A stretch of 64,000 bases of DNA from Octopus sinensis (Eukaryota): assembly GCF_006345805.1 (NCBI RefSeq), contig NC_043011.1, positions 67,096,464 through 67,160,463 on the forward strand, written 5' to 3'. Made by a program: the position numbers and the translations under genes. How positions within the stretch are numbered: the stretch's first letter is position 1; each line of letters begins with the position of its first letter. The notes under the pieces were generated by a model. The model had not been told where the DNA came from. It ran no database searches and saw only the letters and a list, made by a program, of their open reading frames with translations. Shown one piece after another: positions 55,604-64,000 of the stretch.

Positions 55604-56899
55604 CTCCTGTGTTATGAAGTACGATGTTTTGCTCAGAGGCTATCTGTCGGTCTTGCCCAATGTCCACAAATCATCTAAAGTACGGCAGGGGTTTTTTGTG
55701 TTTCTAAAATATGCTATCTAATGGTAATTGGATTAGTTTTAGAAATCCGATGATCCCACATGTCTAAAATTATTATGTACACCACAAGTGTGCAATTCTT
55801 GTATATTTTTAGAAACGGTAAAGTAAATCAGTTTGAATTGTAGTAATTATTGTTTACATTACAAATATGGGATCCTTGAACATAAGCACGAGGGTGGTTC
55901 TGTGGTACGTAGATTGCTTCCCAGCCGCATAGTTCCAGCTTCAGCTCTACTGAAGTGCTGCCTTTTAGTATCTATAAGTTATACACAGTTTAATTAACCT
56001 TAGAAATCCCTCCCGTAAAATGGTGATATATTTGTAAATTGGGTAAATGTAGTATGTCGTTTCTATGGTATCTCTTTTGTTTAATCGGGGATTTCATTGT
56101 TTCTGTGTATATTCAGCAAATTTACTTTTTTATCTGCCACATATTTTCCCTCCATCCAGAATCAGTCCTTCTCAAGTTTGGATCCGCTTGAAACGAGGAA
56201 ATGAAGTGCTGCCACCTGTTGTTCACAGGAATTGAATATTAAATTGAATCCTAAGCTACGTCACAAATCAGGCGGTCGTTGCCACACAAACACCATTGCC
56301 GAGTAAACAATATCAGACTGACGTATACATTCATGCATGTTTGCTTACATAGATAGACTCATTAAAACCTATTCGTATCTACGTCATAGCAAATTGACAG
56401 CTTACAAAACACTACTGACAAACAATCCGCATAAATATTCACCCAAACTAATCTCTCTAACACTTTAAATATGCATAAATGCTGACACGAAGATTGCACC
56501 ATTCATTAAGCTATAACTGGAAAATTTTCTATGTTGATCCTTATTGACTTTTAAGTAAAATAATTTCGACATTCGAAAATTTCTCTAATTGTTTTCCAAG
56601 ACGGGAGATGTCGATCTAGAGCAACACAAGTCTACATTTTCCTTGGAATTTTCTTCTAATATTTTACTTTTCGGTTTGGTTTTAGTGGTCGTGTATTTTT
56701 AATTAGATTTAGCTATCATGCATAAGGCCATGCTTGAGCGATGATAGATGTATTTTATCAGTGATTTCTTGACATCGTGCCTTGGTACATTTCTAACAGG
56801 GATCTTATTGACAGCTCTCTCGGCAGAGTAAACATAAAAGTGATTTGTAACGAAAACTAAAATTAAACATCAATGTGTTGTGGTGTAATGTGTGTGTGT

Positions 56900-57276
56900 G
56901 GAGGCGCAATGGTCCAGTGGTTAGAACAGCGGACCTGTGGTCATAGGATCGTGGTTTCGATTCGCAGACCGGGTGTTGTGAGTGTTTATTGAGCGAAAAC
57001 ACCTAAAGCTCCACGAGGGTCCGGCAGTGGGGTGGTGACGAACCCTACTATACTCTTTCACCACAACTTTCTCTCACTCTTTCTTCCTGTTTCTGTTGCA
57101 CTTGTATTTCAAAGGGCCAACCTTGCCACACTCTTTCCCACGCTGAATCTCCCCGAGAACTACGTTAAGGGTACACGTGTCTGTACAGTGCTCAGGCACA
57201 TGCACGTGAATTTCTCGAGCAGGCTGTTCCATTGATCGGATCAACTGGAACCCTCGTCGTAAACGTCGAAGTGCCA
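56900..57276 (+). mobile_element. tRNA-derived SINE, full length
   Basis: Head ggaggcgcaatggtccagtggttag...ggtttcgattc; colinear with the reverse complement of 57314-57693. Confidence 0.9.
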
Positions 57277-57313
57277 TATAAAATAATATATATATATAAA
57301 TATATATATATGT

Positions 57314-57693
57314 GGAAGCACTCCGTCGGTTACGACGATGAGGGTTCCGGTTGATCCGATCAACGGAACAGCCTGCTCGTGAAATTAACGTGTAAGTGGC
57401 TGAGCACTCCACAGACACGTGTACCCTTAACGTAGTTCTCGTGGATATTCAGCGTGACACAGAGAGTGATAAGGCCGGCCCTTTGAAATACAGGTACAAC
57501 AGAAACAGGAAGTAAGAGTGAGAGAAAGTTGTGGTGAAAGAGTACAGCAAGGATCACCACCATCCCTGCCGGAGCCTCGTGGAGCTTTAGGTGTTTTCGC
57601 TCAATAAACACTCACAACGCCCGGTCTGGGAATCGAAACCGCGATCCTACGACAGCGAGTCCGCTGCCCTAACCACTGGACCATTGCGCCTCC
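57314..57693 (-). mobile_element. tRNA-derived SINE, full length, tail-to-tail with 56900-57276
   Basis: As above. Confidence 0.9.
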
Positions 57694-57731
57694 AAAAATA
57701 TATATATATATAATATATATATATATATATA

Positions 57732-57789
<58 letters not shown>

Positions 57790-57790
57790 A

Positions 57791-57891
<101 letters not shown>

Positions 57892-57902
57892 ATATATATA
57901 TA

Positions 57903-60900
57903 TTGATTGATTGATTGATTCTAGTTTCAGCTTATGAGCTGTGGCCATGCTGGGGCACCGCCATTTGGTGTTGCTACTTGGTTTCACTTCATGGAGGCTT
58001 TCTAGCAACTGCTATTTGGTGCATGAGAGAGTTCGATGCAGCTGCCCTCATCTGCCCCTCCTGCCGTGAAGTTGGTTCATCTGGGACACCTGACAGGAAG
58101 AGATCCAGCTTCATTTTAAAGACATCTGTATCCACCCCATGCAGGTCTCTCAGGTTCTTCGGGAGGATATTGAAGAGCTGTGGGCCTCGGAAGCCCAAGC
58201 TATCACAGAATCTTGTCCTACATCTTGATGGCAGGTTTGGAGTCCTAGGCACCACGCAGTGGCACCCAGTTCTGGCATTTGCGTAACTCTCGATGCCAAA
58301 GTTCAGGACACTTCCCTCCAGGATCTTCCAGATGTATATTATGGCATATCTTTCCCGCCTACGCTCCAGAGAATATAATTTTAATCTCTTGAGTCTTTCC
58401 CAGTAGCTTACATTCTGCATAGAGGCTATCTTCTTTGTGTAGCTTCGTTGGATCGCCTCAAGTTCTGTGATCAACTTGACACTGGATGGTGACCATAGCT
58501 GAGAGCAATAGTCAAAGTGGCTTAGGACAAGTGTCTTCCAGAGGACCATCATGGTTTCTTGTTCTCTTGTTCTAAAGGTTCTAAGAATCCATCCAGCCAG
58601 CCGTCTACATTTCATTGTCAGTTTAGCAACATGTACATGAAAGGTCGCGTCATCACTCATGTGAATACCCAGGTCACGCACTGATTGTGCCTCTGGGATT
58701 GCAATCCCTCCGGGTCCAGTGTATTCATTGGGTATTGCATTCAGTTTTGCATGCTGATAGTATAAAGCTTGAAACTTTCCAGCATTGAACTGCATGCTAT
58801 TCTTTTCAGCCCACTTGTATATTTCGTCCAGCTCACATTGCAGGTGTTTAGTGTCCTCAGGGTTCTGTATTGCCTGTGAAACTTTTGTATCATCTGCATA
58901 ACTTGTGATCGTGGCTCTCTGCGTGGCTGAGGGCATGTCTGAGAGGGCCATTATGAACAGTAGTGGTCCCAGAACAGTGCCCTGCGGAACACCGCTCACT
59001 ATTTGTGTGTTAATGGAGGTGGCCCCATTGGCTACTACCACCTGACTTCTATCCTTCAGAAAGTCATGAAGCCATTCTCCCAGTTTTCCAACTATGTTGA
59101 GATCACGCAGTTTGTGACATATCATTCCATGATCGACTTTATCAAAGGCCTTTGCAAAGTCGAGATATATCACTTCCACATTTGAGTGGTTGAGCAGCCG
59201 TTTCAGCACCCAGTCATAGTGTTGTAGGAGCTGAGTTAAACAGCTTCTCCCTGGTCGGAAACCATGTTGGGTGTCGGGCAGCAAGTCATTCTCTTCAAGG
59301 AAGGTGATCAGCTTCCTTCTGACTATTCGTTCCATGACCTTGCTGATGTGTGAGGTCAGAGAGATAGGTCTATAGTTCTTGGCTTCCGCTCTGCTACCTC
59401 CTTTATGAATGGGGCATATTTTACCTTCCTTCAGTTTTCCTGGAAGTTTGCCAGCTGCAAGGAAGCTCTGAAAGAGGAACTGCAGTGGTCTTGCTAGGAC
59501 TCTCTTACATGCTTTTAGGAGGATTGCCGGGAATCCATCGGGGCCAGTAGCTGAGTCTGTTTTCATTTCATCTATAGCCTTGGTTACATCGTCTTCCTTT
59601 ATATCGATGTAATCTATCGTCGCCGCCTCTGATTTTATATCTGCAGTGGTAAAAAAGTCAGTTGGATTGGTGATTTGGAGATGCCCAAGGGGTGGAGTGA
59701 AAACACTCTTGAATTGCTCATTCAGTATTTCACTTACCCTCATTGGTTTTCCTGTAAGTGTGCCATCCTTTTCGAGGAGTGGCCCTATTCTACAGTGCAC
59801 TGTAGCTGTTTCTTTGGCATACCTGTAGAAAGCTCTGGGGTTAGATTTTATGTTTTCTATAGCCCAGGCTTCTTTGTCTGCTCTTTCCTTTTCATGGGAG
59901 AGTTGCAGACATTTTTCGATTTCCAACAGTTTTATTTTAGGCGGGACTTTTCACTGCTTTCAATCTGTTTGTTTAGGCGATTTGAAAATTTCGTACGCCG
60001 TCTCATTAAATTTTCCTCTCTCTGGGGATTTTGTTCTTGTGTACAGTGGCCTTTCTCTCTGGGACACATTTGTAGCATATGGCTTGCATTACAGACATGA
60101 ATTGTTGAAGTTTCACACGTCGATGTCTGGCGAGGAGAGACATTTAGGCCAGTTTTGTTTGAGGATCTCTTTCTCAATTGTTTCCAGTTTGCCTTATGGT
60201 AGTTCAAGCTGGAAAGATTTTGAGGGTTTCTTGTAGGCTGCATGTCCGTGCTCTCTTTGGCCCGTACATGGTCAGCTCTATCATGTTGTGATCCGAGAGT
60301 AGTGTCGGTGTCACTTTCACATTATGGATGAGATCCATGTCATTTGTGAAGCAGAGATCCAGTGTGTTACCTGCCCTGGTTGGTTGGAGTATTACCTGCT
60401 CCATGTACAGGGTGTTGATGAGGTTCAGGAGGGACCTCGCCTGTCCTCGTTCACATCTTGTCATTCCTGGGAGAGAAAGGCCCTCGGGCCATCTGACATT
60501 GGGCAGATTGAAGTCTCCCATAAGAAGCACACCTATGTGTTGTTCTAATGCGGTTAGAATTTCTTCTATTTTTATAAGGCAGTCTTCAAACTTGCCCACA
60601 TGGCTTGGGGCATCTGGAGGGCGATATGTAGCACACACAACTACATCAAGTTGCCTAATATGTACAATTAGTGTGTCACACACCGAGTTTGAGTATGACA
60701 AGAGGACCTGGGGTGTGAGGTCCTCACGGATGTACATAGCAACGCCTCCATGACTCCTTTCTTTCCTGTCGGTCCGTAGTACAGCATACTGTGGTATGTG
60801 TAACTCCGCATCTGCTATGTCCGGTTCAGGTGCGTTTCTGTAAGTGCTATGCATAAGGCTTGATTGCATGCAACAAAGTCTCTCAGGAACGGGATCTTGT

Positions 60901-61160
60901 CCTGTTACTGAGTGTTTGCAGTCCTCTGATGTTCAGTAGGAGTATCGAGGTGAGGTGTACGTTTTTTGCCGGGCGGTGTCCATCCTGTGTCTGTTTGCTG
61001 TTGGTGGTCTGGTATATAGTGGGTAGTCCCACCTGCGGGCTTGGGTTTGATGAAGCCAGGTCAGCTGCTGTACAATCTTTTGTGCCATGCACAAAAAAGA
61101 TTGTTGCTCAGCAGCTGCTCTTTCGACAACATCATGTTGGCTGTTTGTGGCGCGCACAAC
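57903..61160 (-). mobile_element. Near-complete CR1/L2-group LINE (APE plus RT ORF2, with the probable end of ORF1), (TCAA)n tail, flanked by (TA)n
   Basis: APE motifs (LLNIRGL, R.DR...GGVA.YI, ATYRPP, MGDFNLP, TR.GNTLDL, SDHN) in 60204-60950; RT ORF 57989-59926; tail gctgaaactagaatcaatcaatcaa. Confidence 0.95.
57989..59926 (-). CDS. LINE ORF2 reverse transcriptase portion (645 aa open; separated from the APE domain by a stop and frameshifts)
   Basis: ATGPDG, NYRPISLTS, QHGFRPGRSCLTQL, YLDFAKAFDKVDH, SGVPQGTVLGPLLF, YADD, RDLG. Confidence 0.9.
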   Translation of the reverse strand: MEIEKCLQLSHEKERADKEAWAIENIKSNPRAFYRYAKETATVHCRIGPLLEKDGTLTGKPMRVSEILNEQFKSVFTPPLGHLQITNPTDFFTTADIKSEAATIDYIDIKEDDVTKAIDEMKTDSATGPDGFPAILLKACKRVLARPLQFLFQSFLAAGKLPGKLKEGKICPIHKGGSRAEAKNYRPISLTSHISKVMERIVRRKLITFLEENDLLPDTQHGFRPGRSCLTQLLQHYDWVLKRLLNHSNVEVIYLDFAKAFDKVDHGMICHKLRDLNIVGKLGEWLHDFLKDRSQVVVANGATSINTQIVSGVPQGTVLGPLLFIMALSDMPSATQRATITSYADDTKVSQAIQNPEDTKHLQCELDEIYKWAEKNSMQFNAGKFQALYYQHAKLNAIPNEYTGPGGIAIPEAQSVRDLGIHMSDDATFHVHVAKLTMKCRRLAGWILRTFRTREQETMMVLWKTLVLSHFDYCSQLWSPSSVKLITELEAIQRSYTKKIASMQNVSYWERLKRLKLYSLERRRERYAIIYIWKILEGSVLNFGIESYANARTGCHCVVPRTPNLPSRCRTRFCDSLGFRGPQLFNILPKNLRDLHGVDTDVFKMKLDLFLSGVPDEPTSRQEGQMRAAASNSLMHQIAVARKPP

Positions 61161-61189
61161 ATCTATATATATATACATATATATATATA

Positions 61190-62675
61190 TATTTTTCGAT
61201 GTTGGTTGTTTTATTACATTGTTTCATTCATAATTTTTGAGTGGTGTTCGTTTTGCCACGTGAATATTATTTTTAATTCCATTTATTCCATTTCTCCATT
61301 CATTATTTTAAAAGATGTTCGTTTCCAGAGCGGTTATACTTTTTATACATATGTTAAGTTCCTTGGTAAAGTAATTTTGTTTGGTGTATATGTTGAGGCT
61401 TATATGTACTTGTGGGTGTGTGTGAGTGGGGTGGGTGTTTGTATTTGTTATGGGTGTGTGGTTTACGTGTGTGTATTTGCGTGTGAATGTATAGGTTAAA
61501 GGGATTGCTATATAAGTATGTTATAGTGTTTAGTAAAGGGAGGTTTTATCATTTATGTTTTGTGAGTTTTAGCTTATCATGGTAGTTTTATAAAAGAATC
61601 CATTCATAATTTTTGTGTTTATTTGTCTGTGTGGAGTTGAGTGGGTTTTTGGAGTATATGTTGAGGTTTATATGTATGTATAGGTATGTGTAAGTGGTGT
61701 GGGTATTTGTATATGTCGTGGGTGTGTGGTTTAAGTGTGTGTATTTGTGTGTGAATGTTTAGGTTAGGGGGATTGCTATATAGGTATGTTATAGAGTTTA
61801 GTAAAGGGAGATTTTATCATTATATGTTTTTATGAGTTTTGGTTTATCATGGTAGGTTTGTTAAGGAATTCGTAGTGATTTGTGTCTATTTGCGATGTCT
61901 GTTGTTTTATTGCATTGTTTCATTCATAATTTTTAAGTAGTGTTCGTTTTACCAAGTGAATATAATTTTTAATTCCATTTATTCCATTTCTCCGTTCATA
62001 ATTTTAAGTGATGTCCGTTTTCTAGAGCGTGAATGTGGGTTGTATGTGTGTGTGTGTGGGAGTATGAATAAGTATTGTGTTGAAGTATTTAGCTATTTTA
62101 TTTATTTATAGTTGCCTAGACGTTTTTATGTGTATGTATAGGGATATATATATAGGTGTGTGATTTAGTGTATGTAGTTAGATATGGTTATATATAATTA
62201 GGTATATGTGTATGGGTGTATATATAGTTTATTATTATATTATAATAAATTTTTGTTTTGTTTTATATTTTATATTTTATATTTAATTGTTGATAGGTTT
62301 ATTTTAGTTTATATATTGTTTATATATTGATTATATATGGATTATATATAGGTTATATATGGATTATATATTTATATTTTTTCATTCATACTTTAATTAT
62401 TTTAAAATTATTATTTTTATATTTTAAAATATTGATATTTTAGATTGGAAGTCCACCTGAAGATTGTCGATCAAGACAAGAAACAATTGTAGTGGCGGTT
62501 TTTTTTGACTATTTATTAAAATTTTATGTATTGATTAAGTCTTTCCTTGTTTGTTTTGCAAAATAGTGGTTTTGTCTCTAATAATATTTTATAATATTTT
62601 ACTATAAAATTGGATTAATCCTAAATCTGATTTTTTCCTGTAAATTTGGATTTATTCCCTAATTGTTATTTTTTA
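61190..62675 (+). mobile_element. Third, diverged copy of the G+T-rich HHR-terminated element, with a different internal subrepeat arrangement
   Basis: Shares ttcataatttttgagtggtgttcgttttgccacgtgaata, tgtttaggttagggggattgctata and the whole 3' block through ...cctgtaaatttggatttattccctaat. Confidence 0.8.
62453..62495 (+). ncRNA. Minimal type I hammerhead motif with palindromic ACAATTGT stem III
   Basis: CCAC / CTGAAGA / TTGTC-gatcaa-GACAA / GAAAC-aatt-GTA / GTGG. Confidence 0.8.
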
Positions 62676-62679
62676 TATA

Positions 62680-62714
<35 letters not shown>

Positions 62715-62736
62715 GATAGATGATAGATAGATAGAT

Positions 62737-62809
<73 letters not shown>

Positions 62810-62836
62810 TAGATATATAGATATTTATATATTATA

Positions 62837-62875
<39 letters not shown>

Positions 62876-64000
62876 ATAAAATAAAAATAACTGGAACCAA
62901 GAGGTGAAACGAAACGACGAATCGGAACGAATATATATATATATTATATATTATATATATATATATATAATATATATTATATTATATATATATATACATG
63001 TGTGTGTGTACCAGAATTTGCTTTACCCCTCTATTGATTAATAGTGCTAATATAACTAACTGACATAAGGAGATCTCCAATAAAGAAACAAAGAGTAATC
63101 TGATCGTCATTAATTTGATAGTGATGTGTTTCTATTGCGTTGTGTGAATATATAAAGGTTTCGTTAATCGCCAAACAATAAGAACCATCAGTTATTTATT
63201 TCAAATTACAGGTTGTGTATAAGTGAGTTAATATTTACTGATCAAAATGTTCTGCTATAGAAACCAAGCCACTGTTTAGCAGTGATTTATTCGGGAATGG
63301 TCATGACTACATTGTTATATCATTTAACACATATTCAATCATTCTATGAGAGGATAGTATCACGCTTACCTTTAGCGGAAACCTCTGCTTACTTTCTGAA
63401 ATGTGTTGATTCAGCCGTTCTATATAATCTTCAAGATATTATGACAACGAAGATATAAGCGACCCAGTTACTAAACCTTTCTCTTTTATTCATTTAACCC
63501 GTACGTATTTAAGATCAATCTCTACTTGGTTGCAAGACCATGTGTATCCTAGAGTTATATGTATTTTGAAGAGTGGATCGTTCAGAAAATTATATATACA
63601 ATTAGCATTGTTAGTCATTTAGCCTATTTTTAACTGTAGAATTAAATACTTCCCGATCTAAATCAAAATTACATTCCATTACCTAAACTACTTTATTCAT
63701 TATATTATATTTTAATTGAAACTAATTTTTTAAGATCAAATTAATAATTTGAGTAGATAATATTTGCAGCTGGATATATGAACATTAATCTGGTTTTTTA
63801 CCATTAGGAGGAAACAATTTAAGATGTGTTGCGAACTCATCCTTGTGTACACTTCAGCGCCATTGGTTCCTATCAAATGCGAGATCAGTTATATTATTAA
63901 ATCTAATATAGCATCTGGCTACTGCATTTAAAATTAGCAGAGGACATACTGTTTAAATAATTAAATACATACGACTAAATGGTCATTGATAATTGAATAC

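Noticed and set aside
63370-63921. Possible minus-strand host exons (63802-63921 with AG/GT, 120 nt; strong donor AAG|GTAAGC at 63370)
   Set aside because: The best frame of the 120-nt segment has an internal TGA, other frames are similarly plausible, acceptors are weak, and the peptides are unrecognised. RNA-seq or tBLASTn would be needed.

Overview
AT-rich, microsatellite-dense eukaryotic DNA. It is most likely from an octopus or related coleoid cephalopod; this is inferred from the tRNA-derived/CORE-type SINE families and repeat landscape, not from a database search. I cannot support any host protein-coding gene, and most track ORFs are microsatellite translations. The window is almost all transposon-derived: a near-complete CR1/L2-group LINE (57903-61160, minus) plus 3' fragments, an R4/Dong-type RLE retrotransposon sitting in a (TAA)n tract (6844-10147), two Tx1-like 3' fragments each sitting in (GATA)n, an almost intact IR/DR-type Tc1 element with one nonsense codon (37885-39507), decayed mariners, a Helitron/HINE-like element, many SINEs, and several Penelope-like elements (PLEs). 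The most striking signal is a dense set of minimal type-I hammerhead ribozyme (HHR) motifs, about 13 copies from about 7 sequence families, found by eye. They include a 364-bp-period tandem retrozyme-like unit (731-1298), a U3-A8 compensatory core variant (43757, 49265), and three elements bounded by inverted, outward-facing HHR repeats. Those three are a 4.6-kb non-coding palindrome (21946-26580), a rearranged Naiad-like PLE whose RT and GIY-YIG halves lie on opposite strands (26600-30090), and a 0.67-kb element (39571-40237). All structures and identities were read manually; ribozyme activity is inferred, not shown.
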